Translations under genes and position numbers: made by a program
Shown here: piece by piece, positions 38,808 through 48,876 of the stretch
Layout of the letters: every line of letters begins with the position of its first letter
Position numbering within the stretch: the first letter of the stretch is position 1
Origin: Candidatus Nitrosotenuis sp.
GTDB taxonomy: Archaea; Thermoproteota; Nitrososphaeria; Nitrososphaerales; Nitrosopumilaceae
Direction: 5' to 3'
NCBI GenBank assembly: GCA_035559735.1
Contig: DATMAS010000001.1
Coordinates: 50,187 to 114,186 of the forward strand
Length of the DNA stretch: 64,000 nt
The notes under the pieces: generated by a model
Told to the model about the DNA's origin: nothing
What the model saw: only the letters and a program-made list of their open reading frames with translations
Database searches by the model: none

Positions 38808-39401
38808 ATGTCTATGTATATGCCTGGCGCAACTGCTGTGGGGATAACCTTTGACGGCGGAGTGGTTTTCGCAAGCGAAAAAAGAATCGCCTACGGAAAC
38901 TTGTTGGTAAGCAAGACCACAAAGAAGACATTCCCCCTAACTGAAAAGGTGGGCGCCACCATAGCAGGACTTGTCGCAGACATGCAGATCTTGGTTTTAC
39001 AGATAAAGGCACTTGCAAAAATCCGTAAAATGGAGCTAAAGCGTGACGTGCCTCCAAACTCAATAGCAAAAATGATGTCAAATCTGATGTATGAACGAAG
39101 ATTCTTTCCACTTTTGACGCAGGTCATAGTAGGGGGCGTAGTTGACAAACCGGCAATATACACACTTGATCCTCTGGGTTCGGTTTTGCCGGATGACTAT
39201 GCAGCAGTTGGAACAGGTGCAGAGATGGCACTTGGTGTCTTAGATCAACAGTACAAACCAGGGATGAAAGAAAAAGAGGCAGTAGACTTGGCAATAAAGT
39301 CTGTCAAAGCTGCAACGATGAGGGATTCGTTTTCTGGTGATGGAATAGATGTGTTGGTCATAACAAAAGAAGGCACCAAGGAATTTACAGAAAAACTCTA
39401 G
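38808..39401 (+). CDS. psmB: proteasome beta subunit (Thr1 replaced by Ala)
   Basis: GATAVG, AGLVAD, DPLGS, GTGA, RDSFSG. Confidence 0.92.
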   Translation: MSMYMPGATAVGITFDGGVVFASEKRIAYGNLLVSKTTKKTFPLTEKVGATIAGLVADMQILVLQIKALAKIRKMELKRDVPPNSIAKMMSNLMYERRFFPLLTQVIVGGVVDKPAIYTLDPLGSVLPDDYAAVGTGAEMALGVLDQQYKPGMKEKEAVDLAIKSVKAATMRDSFSGDGIDVLVITKEGTKEFTEKL

Positions 39402-39874
39402 TCTTTTATTGATTTTTTAATTTCCCAATATTTGTCCGAAATGTAGTGAAGGTTCTCTATTGCTACGCCTTTTGACATTGTTTCTAGTTCCTTGCTTGAG
39501 ACAAGTGCTCTCCCAACAGCAAGAAATTTTTTTTGCGATTCTTCCACTATGCAGACTAGATCACCCTTCTCAAATTTCGTAAAGTTGCGTATTCCAGGCC
39601 TCATGACGTTTGCACCATTGCACATGAACTTGACTGCACCCATGTCCACTGTGACACTTGGAAATTTCTGCAGTGTTGCAACGTCGCTCAAAAATGGCAG
39701 GTATGTGTCTGCAATCTTTAGTATGGTGAGGCCTTCGCCAACTATGATACTTGAGGCATCGTCTATTTGGTAAATCTTGAGGTTTTTGATTTTTGGGAGC
39801 TCAAATTTCCACTGCTTTGTAATCTCTTTGAGCACGTCTGCAGTGTCTGATTTGGAAATTAAATTTGACTTCAA
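39398..39874 (-). CDS. PUA-domain RNA-binding protein (Tma20/MCT-1-like)
   Basis: VDMGAVKFMCNGANVMRPGI, HYISD..W. Confidence 0.92.
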   Translation of the reverse strand: MKSNLISKSDTADVLKEITKQWKFELPKIKNLKIYQIDDASSIIVGEGLTILKIADTYLPFLSDVATLQKFPSVTVDMGAVKFMCNGANVMRPGIRNFTKFEKGDLVCIVEESQKKFLAVGRALVSSKELETMSKGVAIENLHYISDKYWEIKKSIKD

Positions 39875-40881
39875 TCCCTGATTATTTCCTGACGAATGTC
39901 AAGCAAGTCGCGCAGTATTGCACTGGCAGTTTCTGTACCACCGGCTCCTCTTCCGATGATGGTCTGGGTTCCAGAGTGCTCTGAAGTAAACGAGATTGCA
40001 TTTAAGGTACCATTGACGCAAAGCGGGTCGTCGACTGGGACTTCGCGTGGCGCTACTACTAAGTCCTTGTTACAGGAAGCGATGAGCTTTATTGCTGCTT
40101 TTTTCCTTGCGGCGTTTTTTATGTCTGCAGAGGTGACTTTGCGAATTCCGGTTCTTTTTATGTCGGGCATTGTCACCTTCATGCCCATGATCCAGTTTGC
40201 CAAAATTACAAGCTTGGCCGCTGCATCGTAGCCATCCAAATCGAGTGACTCATCTGCTTCCACGTATCCTTTGGATTTTGCATCTTTTAGTGCTGCAGCA
40301 AAACTCATGCCTTTTGCCATGTTTGTTAGTATGTAGTTTGTCGTACCGTTTAGTATGCCAGCAAATGATATGATCTGTTCGCCCCTCAAACTATTTTTTG
40401 CATAATCTAAAATCGGTGTTCCACCACCAACGGTTCCACTAAACCTGAGCAAGACGTGGTTGTACGTTGCAAGCTCCATAAGAGATGGAAAGGCAAGAGC
40501 AAGAGGCCCTTTGTTGACAGTAATCACATGCATGCCTTTTTTCATTGCTGCGATGATGTGTGACATACCAGGTTCTGCGTCTTTGTAGTTGCTTGCAGTG
40601 GTTTCTATGAGCACATCTGCGTCCACATTATTGATTATGTCTAGGCCTTTCAATTTTCTTTTAGAATCAGAGTATTTTCTTACAGTACCATACTTCTTTT
40701 TTATATCGACTAGTTTGTTCAAGTCGAGGCCGGATGATTCTATGATCCCGCCCTTAGTATCAAAAACACCAACTATTCTTGGCATCATGCCGTACTTGGC
40801 GTACAGATCGTCTGATCTTGAAACAAGTAGTTTTGCCAAACTCTGTGCTACTGTGCCAAAACCGCAAACTACTAGGCGCAA
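39871..40881 (-). CDS. hom: homoserine dehydrogenase
   Basis: GFGTV, NKGPLA, TVGGGTP, GILNGTTNYIL, GRGAG. Confidence 0.95.
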   Translation of the reverse strand: MRLVVCGFGTVAQSLAKLLVSRSDDLYAKYGMMPRIVGVFDTKGGIIESSGLDLNKLVDIKKKYGTVRKYSDSKRKLKGLDIINNVDADVLIETTASNYKDAEPGMSHIIAAMKKGMHVITVNKGPLALAFPSLMELATYNHVLLRFSGTVGGGTPILDYAKNSLRGEQIISFAGILNGTTNYILTNMAKGMSFAAALKDAKSKGYVEADESLDLDGYDAAAKLVILANWIMGMKVTMPDIKRTGIRKVTSADIKNAARKKAAIKLIASCNKDLVVAPREVPVDDPLCVNGTLNAISFTSEHSGTQTIIGRGAGGTETASAILRDLLDIRQEIIRD

Positions 40882-40963
40882 ATCTCTCTACTCCCATTTG
40901 TGGCAAACATACCAAAAGACGTGTTCAAATCCTGATTTATTAATTGATGGTTAACAAAACCGG

Positions 40964-41368
40964 TTAACTTGCGTCTTTGTCAAGCTTCAATGAAATCGAG
41001 TTGATGCAGAAGCGGTTTCCAGTAGGTGCAGGCCCGTCTCCAAATACATGTCCTAAATGAGAATCACACTTCGCACACATTACCTCGGTTCTGTGCATGC
41101 CAAAACTAGTGTCTGTCTCATACTTGAGGCTTCGTTCATGAATTGGCTCTAAAAAGCTAGGCCAGCCTGTACCTGAATCAAATTTTGCTTTTGAGCTAAA
41201 TAACTCGTTGCCGCAACACGTGCAACGGTATATTCCGTTGTCTTTGCAGTAAGTATATTTGCCAGTAAATGGCGGCTCGGTTGCTTTTCTGCGACATACC
41301 TCGTACTCATCTGGTGCGAGAATATTCCTCCATTCATTATCTGTTTTTTCAATCCTTTCGTCTGTCAT
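40964..41368 (-). CDS. msrB: peptide-methionine (R)-S-oxide reductase
   Basis: TEPPF, SGTGWPSF, HLGHVF, RFCINS. Confidence 0.96.
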   Translation of the reverse strand: MTDERIEKTDNEWRNILAPDEYEVCRRKATEPPFTGKYTYCKDNGIYRCTCCGNELFSSKAKFDSGTGWPSFLEPIHERSLKYETDTSFGMHRTEVMCAKCDSHLGHVFGDGPAPTGNRFCINSISLKLDKDAS

Positions 41369-41408
41369 ACCTGTATTCATTCAATGTTGTATTAGAGCAT
41401 TGTTCAAT

Positions 41409-43025
41409 TTAGCGGCTGCTTTTTCTTTTTTCCTCAATTCTTTTTTCGGATTCAAATCTTTCGAGTTCATAAGATTTGAGATCGACAAATTTGATTATGC
41501 GGGATAGATTCGGATGAACTTTTTGTATTGCGAGGAACATTTTCTGTGCTACCTGCCTGTAGTCTGTGTGACCCTGTGGAATGGTTCTCAACTCAATGAG
41601 ATGTGACGCCTCACGCAAATTCAGATTCATAAAGAATGGATAATTATACGCAAAATTCACAACATATTGGGCCTCTTGAGGGTATTTTGTCCTCATCGAA
41701 TCAAAGACTTGCTTTGATGTTTTCATGCATTCTTTGAAGTCCTTCTCAATTCCCAACTGGATTATCTCGTTTGGAACAGAATAATTATGGTCGGTCGTGA
41801 GCAGTTGTCGTTCCAAGGTTAACACTCTGTGTCTGTGCAGGTCTCTGAACATACCAAAATTACCCACAATGTCAAAAGTGTATTGCGTCATCTCAAATGC
41901 TCTCGGTGGTCTCTGTCTTCGGTTTTGCCTAATCTTTGTAAATGAGTTCACAATTTCGATTTTTGCTTTTAGGCCCATCTTTTTCACCTGTGCTAATACT
42001 TCTTGGTAAGGCATAGTTTGATGTTCGTACAAAACCGCCGCAATTATCTTGTCTAGCGCCTTTGATTCCTTCTCATAATCTACAAGTTTTACCTGCGCAC
42101 CGCTTGATTTTGAAGTGGGTTTGCACTTTTTTGCCAGCATTGTCGCAGTATGTCGTACCGTTTTGAGGTAATTCTGCATGGCAACGCCATATTTGTCGTC
42201 TGAGCGCCTCACAAAGGAACGAATGGTCGTATCTAACTCGTGTTTGATTTTTCGTGCTAATTCTTGCTCTTCTGCAAGGCCTGAGCTGAACAAAATCGTC
42301 AAAAGATACTCAAAGGCACGACCGTTCCCAGAGACACCTACGTTTGTAAGAGTTGATGCAGGCAGTAGGCCACGCAAGACGTCTAGCGCCTTTGCCTTTG
42401 TCGTTGCGTTGTAAATCATCGTGGCTGACTTGATGTCATCTTGTGACTTGAGATTCGAAAAAAGGACATCGGAGCCGGATTCGGAATCTTTGAACTTGAG
42501 TCTTTCGATTGGTTCTTTTTCGCGTACAAAATTGATCATAGGTTGTATGTTTTTTGAATAAATCTCAAAATCCAGATTACAACTTTGTATGTATGCATCT
42601 GCAAATCTTGAATTCATGATGGTGGGCTCACGATAGAATTTGAATTGGCCGTTTACTTTTTTGTCCCATGCAACATAACGTGATGATTTTTCTAAATAAG
42701 ACAGCCCAATTCTTCTGTCCTCGATTTTCTTTACTGCGATATTTGATATTCCTTCAATTGCGATCTGTGCAATGCCAAGTTCCGCGACAGAGTCATCTCC
42801 ATATTCTATTAACACTTTGTTGTAAAATTCTTCACCACGATTCTCATTTGATAAGAACTCATCAAGAAAAACACGCCTCATGCTTTTGTCGGTCCTGCTA
42901 TACCTTGACATGAGTGCGCCCCGATCCACTTGGCGGGGTGTGATTATTGCAAATACGGAATCATCAACATTTGAGAAATGTTTTAGCAAAACCTCTTTTT
43001 CCGAATCGGTATATTCATCAGCCAA
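41409..43025 (-). CDS. thyX: FAD-dependent thymidylate synthase, tandem two-domain form
   Basis: [15 protein letters not shown] and RDLHRHR motifs in duplicated ThyX folds. Confidence 0.88.
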   Translation of the reverse strand: MADEYTDSEKEVLLKHFSNVDDSVFAIITPRQVDRGALMSRYSRTDKSMRRVFLDEFLSNENRGEEFYNKVLIEYGDDSVAELGIAQIAIEGISNIAVKKIEDRRIGLSYLEKSSRYVAWDKKVNGQFKFYREPTIMNSRFADAYIQSCNLDFEIYSKNIQPMINFVREKEPIERLKFKDSESGSDVLFSNLKSQDDIKSATMIYNATTKAKALDVLRGLLPASTLTNVGVSGNGRAFEYLLTILFSSGLAEEQELARKIKHELDTTIRSFVRRSDDKYGVAMQNYLKTVRHTATMLAKKCKPTSKSSGAQVKLVDYEKESKALDKIIAAVLYEHQTMPYQEVLAQVKKMGLKAKIEIVNSFTKIRQNRRQRPPRAFEMTQYTFDIVGNFGMFRDLHRHRVLTLERQLLTTDHNYSVPNEIIQLGIEKDFKECMKTSKQVFDSMRTKYPQEAQYVVNFAYNYPFFMNLNLREASHLIELRTIPQGHTDYRQVAQKMFLAIQKVHPNLSRIIKFVDLKSYELERFESEKRIEEKRKSSR

Positions 43026-43055
43026 GACACAAAAACTGAATTGGGCTAAAATATA

Positions 43056-43331
43056 CTACTTTCGCTTTATTTGAATTAGATCCTGTGTTGATGATCTACC
43101 TTTTGCTTGCCAACGCAGCAGTACTTCTTTGAGTGCGTTTGCGTCGCTTTCGTTTTCCGTGTATAGGAGCATAGTAATCCAGTGTCCATTTCCAGCTCTT
43201 CCGCCAACCGAATTCATCCAAAAGTCCGTTGGCAGGTTTTTCATTGCTTTGTTGTTTGGATCCCGACTTAGCTCTATCCAGCGTTTTGAGACAAAATGCA
43301 GTATCTGGTCAAGGCCGTCTTTGTCGATCAC
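43056..43331 (-). CDS. hypothetical protein
   Basis: ORF track, 91 aa, fills the gap between thyX and cdvA. Confidence 0.55.
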   Translation of the reverse strand: MIDKDGLDQILHFVSKRWIELSRDPNNKAMKNLPTDFWMNSVGGRAGNGHWITMLLYTENESDANALKEVLLRWQAKGRSSTQDLIQIKRK

Positions 43332-43450
43332 AATGATGGTTCTATGCCTTGAATTTTAAAAATTGCGAAATTTTTTGTTAAATTGTTCTTACCAAAACTA
43401 GAAAGCTTGTTAACATTTTGTCGGTTATATAAAACGCAACACATTCAGTA

Positions 43451-44347
43451 ATGAATAAGGACGAAATAGAGATTATCGGCAAGCAAGTCAAAGACATGTA
43501 TGGCACCCAGATGGGCAAAGTTATTGGTACGATAACAGACATCGACGGTTCCATACAGACTGTGGGGGTTGACTGCGGCCTTCAAGGGCTGGTTCAAATC
43601 CCATTTGAGCAATTAGTTGTTCAAGGCGACGTCGTAATCTTTATACCAAAATGGAGACTCGACGCACAACGCTTCCTAAGAGAGAAAGGTCTAACGTTAA
43701 GACGACTCAAGGCGTTAATCGATATAGTTTCTGAAAACGACGAAATGAGAGAGGACGCAGAAATAATACACGAAAAATACAAGTCAAAACTTTTGACACT
43801 GGAAGAATCAGAAAAAGAAATTACTACAAAGCTAGCCGCACGTCTAGAGGAACTGAACACGCAGATGAAAACCGTCAAGACACTACTGTTTGACGCTAAA
43901 GTTCAGTACAAGAGCAATGAGATCACTGACTCCAAGTATGACTTGATAAAGACACACACAGGCGAGATAATAGAGCACATCGACCACGAAAAGGCAGAGA
44001 TTCTAAACATCCAGCGAAGGATTGCTGATCTGTCCCTGGAAGGGGTGCACACAGACGTTAACCAAAAAGAACAGATCCAACAATCAGCTGTATCCTATCT
44101 TGTGGCCAACACTAACTCTGGTCAACAAGTCGAGACTCCAACAAATGCGCCTTCTCCACCAAACACCACTTCAGAATCCTCTGACAATGGCACTCAGACA
44201 AGCACGCCACAGGCAGAACCAACAACTGCGAGCACTTTCCCGGCCGGACAAAATAAGGTAGTGACACGTTCCGCAGTTCCGCCACCACCAAAGAACTTTG
44301 CCAAGTCTGAAACTACAGAATGGTTTGGAAGCATGGAAGCCACATAG
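43451..44347 (+). CDS. cdvA: cell division protein CdvA
   Basis: N-terminal PRC-barrel (IGKQVKDMYG...IFIPKW), coiled coil, P/T-rich linker, short C-terminal motif. Confidence 0.88.
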   Translation: MNKDEIEIIGKQVKDMYGTQMGKVIGTITDIDGSIQTVGVDCGLQGLVQIPFEQLVVQGDVVIFIPKWRLDAQRFLREKGLTLRRLKALIDIVSENDEMREDAEIIHEKYKSKLLTLEESEKEITTKLAARLEELNTQMKTVKTLLFDAKVQYKSNEITDSKYDLIKTHTGEIIEHIDHEKAEILNIQRRIADLSLEGVHTDVNQKEQIQQSAVSYLVANTNSGQQVETPTNAPSPPNTTSESSDNGTQTSTPQAEPTTASTFPAGQNKVVTRSAVPPPPKNFAKSETTEWFGSMEAT

Positions 44348-44417
44348 GGAAGGTACAAATTTTCTTTTTTATTATATCAAAATTAAATTTACAAATAAGT
44401 AATGAAAAACAAAACCT

Positions 44418-46325
44418 GTGGAATCGGAAATCTATTCGATAGGTCTTGGGAATAGCAACCCGCAAATCCGCCTTGAGGCATCAAAAGACTATGTCAAGTT
44501 CTGGGAGACTCAGGCACGAATGCTGCACTGGTTTAAAGAATGGGAAAGGCCACTGGAGTGGAACCCACCATTTGCACGCTGGTTTGTGGGTGGCAAGACA
44601 AACGCCTCATACAACGCCTTGGACGTGCATCACACAAAAATGGACAAAGTGGCCATATTTTGGGAAGGGGAAAATGAGGATCGTCGCGCCATAACGTATG
44701 GGCAGCTTTACGATCAAGTGCAGAGACTTGCCAACTCGCTTAAGTCACTTGGGGTCAAAAAAGGAGACAGGGTAACAATCTATCTTCCGATGGTGCCAGA
44801 ACTAGTCGTCGCAATTTTGGCCTGCGCAAGGATTGGAGCAATACACACAGTCGTCTTTTCTGGCTTTTCTGCATCTTCGATAAAAGATAGGGTGTTGGAT
44901 TCGCAATCAAAAGTGATAATTACTGCAGACGGCGGATTTAGAAGAGGAAACATAGTAAAGCTAAAAGAAACAATCGATTCTGCAATTGAGGGCCTCAGTT
45001 TTGTAGAACATGTGATAGTTCTAAGAAGAGCTGGCAACCAAGTTAGTTTCGGAAAAAAAGATCATGAGTGGGAAGAGTTAATGAAAAGCTCATCGAATGT
45101 TTGCGAGGCAGAACAGCTGCCAAGTGATCACCCATTATACATTCTGTATACGTCAGGTACTACTGGGAAACCAAAAGGCGTGCTGCATGATACGGGAGGG
45201 TATCTGACGCATATCGGTGCTACATTTCGGTGGGCCTTTGACATCAAGGATTCTGACGTGTATTTCTGCACCGCAGACATTGGCTGGGTCACAGGACACA
45301 GCTATGTTGCATATGGTCCATTGTTGTGTGGTGCCTCACAAGTTATGTATGAGGGGGCACCGGACTATCCGACCCCTGCAAGGATGTGGGACATAGTACA
45401 AAGGTACAAAGTCACGATTCTTTATACTACTCCGACTGCACTTAGAATGTTTATGAAATATGGTGACTATATTCCAAACTCGTACGATCTTTCCAGTTTA
45501 AGGCTTCTTGGAACGGTTGGAGAGCCAATCAATCCTGAGGTTTGGCGTTGGTATTACACTACTATTGGCAAAAACAGATGCCCCATCATCGATACGTGGT
45601 GGCAGACAGAAACCGGAGGCATGATGATATCGCCACTACCTGGAATTGAAACCATTCCACTAAAGCCAGGCTCTGGGACATTGCCGATTCCAGGAGTTGA
45701 TCTCGCAGTAGTAGATGAAAACGGAAAGGATGTAGCAGCTGAAACAAAAGGATATCTCATAATAAGAAAGCCGTGGCCTGGAATGCTGCTGACTTTGTGG
45801 GGAGACGATGAAAAATACAAATCCGTTTACTGGTCAAAATATCCCGGCTCATACTATACTGGGGATTATGCCATAAAGGACAAGGATGGATATTTCTGGC
45901 TACTTGGGAGGGCAGACGATGTGCTCAAGGTTGCAGGCCACAGAATCGGCACTGCAGAGCTTGAAAGCAGCCTTGTTTCCCACAAATCTATTTCAGAGGC
46001 AGCAGTGTGTGGAATTGCGGATCCTCTCAAAGGTGAGGTAATAATTGCATTCTTGGTTCCAAAGGAGGGTGTGGTAGTATCTGAGTCCCTCAAACAAGAA
46101 GTGGTAACCACTGTACGAAAGCAGATTGGGCCAATTGCTACACCTCAGGAGATGTATTTTGTTTCCAAGCTGCCAAAGACACGCAGTGGTAAGATAATGC
46201 GAAGACTGCTCAAGGCAATTGCAAGCAACGAAAAGATCGGAGACATTAGCACACTTGAGGATGGTGCAGCAGTAAATGAGATCCAAGCTGCATTTGTGGA
46301 ACTAAAAAAACAAATCGGTACCTAA
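44418..46325 (+). CDS. acs: acetyl-CoA synthetase (AMP-forming)
   Basis: YTSGTTGKPKG, WVTGHSY, DTWWQTETG, PKTRSGK. Confidence 0.93.
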   Translation: MESEIYSIGLGNSNPQIRLEASKDYVKFWETQARMLHWFKEWERPLEWNPPFARWFVGGKTNASYNALDVHHTKMDKVAIFWEGENEDRRAITYGQLYDQVQRLANSLKSLGVKKGDRVTIYLPMVPELVVAILACARIGAIHTVVFSGFSASSIKDRVLDSQSKVIITADGGFRRGNIVKLKETIDSAIEGLSFVEHVIVLRRAGNQVSFGKKDHEWEELMKSSSNVCEAEQLPSDHPLYILYTSGTTGKPKGVLHDTGGYLTHIGATFRWAFDIKDSDVYFCTADIGWVTGHSYVAYGPLLCGASQVMYEGAPDYPTPARMWDIVQRYKVTILYTTPTALRMFMKYGDYIPNSYDLSSLRLLGTVGEPINPEVWRWYYTTIGKNRCPIIDTWWQTETGGMMISPLPGIETIPLKPGSGTLPIPGVDLAVVDENGKDVAAETKGYLIIRKPWPGMLLTLWGDDEKYKSVYWSKYPGSYYTGDYAIKDKDGYFWLLGRADDVLKVAGHRIGTAELESSLVSHKSISEAAVCGIADPLKGEVIIAFLVPKEGVVVSESLKQEVVTTVRKQIGPIATPQEMYFVSKLPKTRSGKIMRRLLKAIASNEKIGDISTLEDGAAVNEIQAAFVELKKQIGT

Positions 46326-46357
46326 GTTGCAGTTTTAGAAAAGAATATGATGACGAA

Positions 46358-46717
46358 TTATTTTGACGTCTTGGTATTGACTGTGGCCTTTAGGCGCTCC
46401 AAGGCAGTTTTCGCATCACTTTTAGCCTTGTCCATTGCGGATTTGAGATCTACTCTGGCTTTTTGAATCGTAGCCTTTGAATCGGCGTTTATTTGGTCGA
46501 TTGGGAGTCCTTTGGCTACGGCGGCTTTTGCGTCTGCGTTTGCCTTTTTAATGGCAGCCGTAAAGTCTGACTGCGCCTTTGCAACTGCCTTTCTATATGT
46601 CTCCATGATGGATTTTATCTCATTTTTGCTCTGCTTTTGAGCAAATGCTTCTTCGGCTACAAATACTGATGCAAGTAATGCCACAAGTACCGTTATCGCG
46701 ACTAGTTGAATTCTCAC
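46358..46717 (-). CDS. secreted Ala/Lys-rich helical hypothetical protein
   Basis: Likely GTG start 46717 giving signal peptide ending AFA-Q. Confidence 0.65.
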   Translation of the reverse strand: MRIQLVAITVLVALLASVFVAEEAFAQKQSKNEIKSIMETYRKAVAKAQSDFTAAIKKANADAKAAVAKGLPIDQINADSKATIQKARVDLKSAMDKAKSDAKTALERLKATVNTKTSK

Positions 46718-46826
46718 GTCGTCTGCGTCTTTTTTTGCATCATTAAAAAATTTTACGTACAAAGGTTCTGTGTAATTAACAGGCACTTATCTAGTTAACA
46801 GAATCCATACAAAAAGTTCGTATGTG

Positions 46827-47849
46827 TTAAAACCACTGCTCAAGTGTCTGGCCACGTCTTTCAGTTGCCTTTTGAAGCCTTGTGAGTGATGACTCGATCC
46901 TCTCACGCGAAAAACTTCGCTCGTCTGCTAGGTATTTTATGATCTCTGAGTTGTTTGGCGCACCGAATTTGATCTCAGTCACATTTACTACTTTTGGCTC
47001 CAAAAAGATCTTTCTTATCTGGTTGTAGTCAATCTCGACTAGCTTGTCTTGAATCTGTGGTATGTCTTCGAGTCTCCCGAATTCTTTGATCATCTTTAGT
47101 GCTGTCTTTGGGCCTATTCGTTCAAATCCGTCCGGATTAAAATCGGTTCCAATGAGTATGCCAATGTCTACAAGCTGTTCTCTTGTCACGTCAAGTTCGA
47201 TGAGAAGTTTTTGTAAATCTATTATTTCTGGCTCGATCTCAATGTAGGTGTTGCGGTTTGGCAACTTTCGTCTGCCAGAGTTTGTAAAATTCCTAACCAG
47301 TCTTTTCGCACCAAAAAGAAGCGAGTCGTAATCCTGACTTGCCACCGCGTATGCAAGGCCTGTCTGTGTCATGTGTGCAGCAGTTGCTTCGCCTTCAGAC
47401 GGTGCCTCAATATACGGAATGCCAAATAATCCAAGAAGGTGCTTGGCGTCATCTACCATGCCATCCTGCATGGCAGTAGTCTGCTGGGCGTACTTTCGCA
47501 TGTCCTCGACGTTTCCCTCAGCAAGCGCTTTTTCGTATTTTATTGTGGCTTCTTTTTTAATCTGGCGTCGTCGTTCTATTTCTGCCGCCTTTAGTGACGG
47601 TGGCTTGCCGTCAAATACGTATACTGGTTTTATACCCAATGAAAGAAAGTTGATGTTTCGATAGAATAGTCCACTTAGGTGGCTTGTGACGCGACCCATT
47701 GAGTCTGAAAGTAGTGTACCGTCAGGGCCGCGAATGATGGACAAAAACTGGTAAATTGTATTGTATGCATCTATTGCGATGACTTTGGAAGAAAATGACT
47801 CAAGCTTCGTCTTTTCTTTGGTCGTGAGACCTTTTAGGTCTAAGCCCAT
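46827..47849 (-). CDS. fen: flap endonuclease-1
   Basis: IDAYN..YQF, VFDG, EGEA, SQDYD, GTDF, C-terminal PIP box QTLEQWF. Confidence 0.97.
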   Translation of the reverse strand: MGLDLKGLTTKEKTKLESFSSKVIAIDAYNTIYQFLSIIRGPDGTLLSDSMGRVTSHLSGLFYRNINFLSLGIKPVYVFDGKPPSLKAAEIERRRQIKKEATIKYEKALAEGNVEDMRKYAQQTTAMQDGMVDDAKHLLGLFGIPYIEAPSEGEATAAHMTQTGLAYAVASQDYDSLLFGAKRLVRNFTNSGRRKLPNRNTYIEIEPEIIDLQKLLIELDVTREQLVDIGILIGTDFNPDGFERIGPKTALKMIKEFGRLEDIPQIQDKLVEIDYNQIRKIFLEPKVVNVTEIKFGAPNNSEIIKYLADERSFSRERIESSLTRLQKATERRGQTLEQWF

Positions 47850-47897
47850 TGAAATGAATACGGCGTTGCCTGCTTTTGTATCTACTGGGACTGGTTG

Positions 47898-47905
47898 TTA
47901 TATAA
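47898..47905 (+). promoter_or_regulatory. TATA box of tRNA-Ser
   Basis: TTATATAA about 25-30 nt upstream of the tRNA 5' end. Confidence 0.6.
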
Positions 47906-47928
47906 TGGGCAAAAGAGTGCAAAAATAT

Positions 47929-48024
47929 GCCAGGTTAGCCAAGCGGTACGGCGACCGCCTCGAGATCTCCGACAGGGTAGCGGTTGTGCATTCGCACTCA
48001 AGGGTTCGAATCCCTTACCTGGCG
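47929..48024 (+). tRNA. tRNA-Ser(CGA) with ~14-nt intron at 37/38 (about 47965-47978)
   Basis: Acceptor GCCAGGT/ACCTGGC, anticodon stem ACCGC/GCGGT with CT-CGA-G, long variable arm GTGC-ATTC-GCAC, T arm AAGGG-TTCGAAT-CCCTT, discriminator G. Confidence 0.93.
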
Positions 48025-48046
48025 CCTACGATTAATTTGATATAAA

Positions 48047-48817
48047 ATGAACAGAAATTGTTCGTTTATTTCAGTCAACAAAGATGTCATATCGTTTTAC
48101 GACTTTGAGCAAATATTGGTAAAACATATCAACAGGATAACAAAGGATGGTGCAGACAAGCACTACAACAAAGATGTCTCTGCAGAAGACGAGTGGTCTC
48201 ACATTACCGAGATTGGTCCGAAAATAGAGATCCAAGATCCACTTGAAGTATCACAAAGGTCTATCTTCTTTTCAAAAGACAAACAAAACGCTACAAGGCA
48301 AGAAATCGTGCAAGAAAAGTCAGAGCAGATAAAGGACCAAATCAATAACACAAACCAATATCAAAAGTTTGTCAATGTTTTACTAAAAGAGAGAATGAAT
48401 GAGCTCAAAAAAGTCATGGAGAATCAAAAGCGTTTTGCTGAAGAGCTAAACTGTTTTCAGGAAACCCCAAAGAACAGAATGGAGTTGGAACAACTCAATC
48501 CAAAATATATCACAGAAGAGGACACTAAGTCGCTTATTGGCACATTAGAATCAGAGTATCAAAAGGTTCAGCAACGATTAGAACATGAGCAATCAGTAAT
48601 AGAAAAAACGAAGAATGAATTACAATTAAAACGACAACAAATAGACCAGCTCAAAGAAGAGCTAAAGTTCATAGCTCAAAAACAACAAAGACATGAAATC
48701 ATCGATCCGGTCTTAACCATTAAGAACGAGTTGAAAAAATTAGGTATTAGTGACGAAACAGGCAACATTGCAAAAGCACTCGAACTACTCGCAAATAAAA
48801 CAAAGCACGGCATCTAG
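48047..48817 (+). CDS. coiled-coil hypothetical protein
   Basis: E/K/Q-rich helical sequence upstream of GT2; start uncertain. Confidence 0.65.
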   Translation: MNRNCSFISVNKDVISFYDFEQILVKHINRITKDGADKHYNKDVSAEDEWSHITEIGPKIEIQDPLEVSQRSIFFSKDKQNATRQEIVQEKSEQIKDQINNTNQYQKFVNVLLKERMNELKKVMENQKRFAEELNCFQETPKNRMELEQLNPKYITEEDTKSLIGTLESEYQKVQQRLEHEQSVIEKTKNELQLKRQQIDQLKEELKFIAQKQQRHEIIDPVLTIKNELKKLGISDETGNIAKALELLANKTKHGI

Positions 48818-48876
48818 TCATTCTTAAAAACTTTGATTATTCTACACAATTATTGTGACAATAAGGCACAACAATA

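Noticed and set aside
47990-48030. tRNA-Ser 3' end as attachment site of an integrated island
   Set aside because: No duplicated tRNA 3' end and no integrase seen in the window
47761-48045. 94-aa plus-strand ORF
   Set aside because: Overlaps fen antisense and the tRNA gene; spurious
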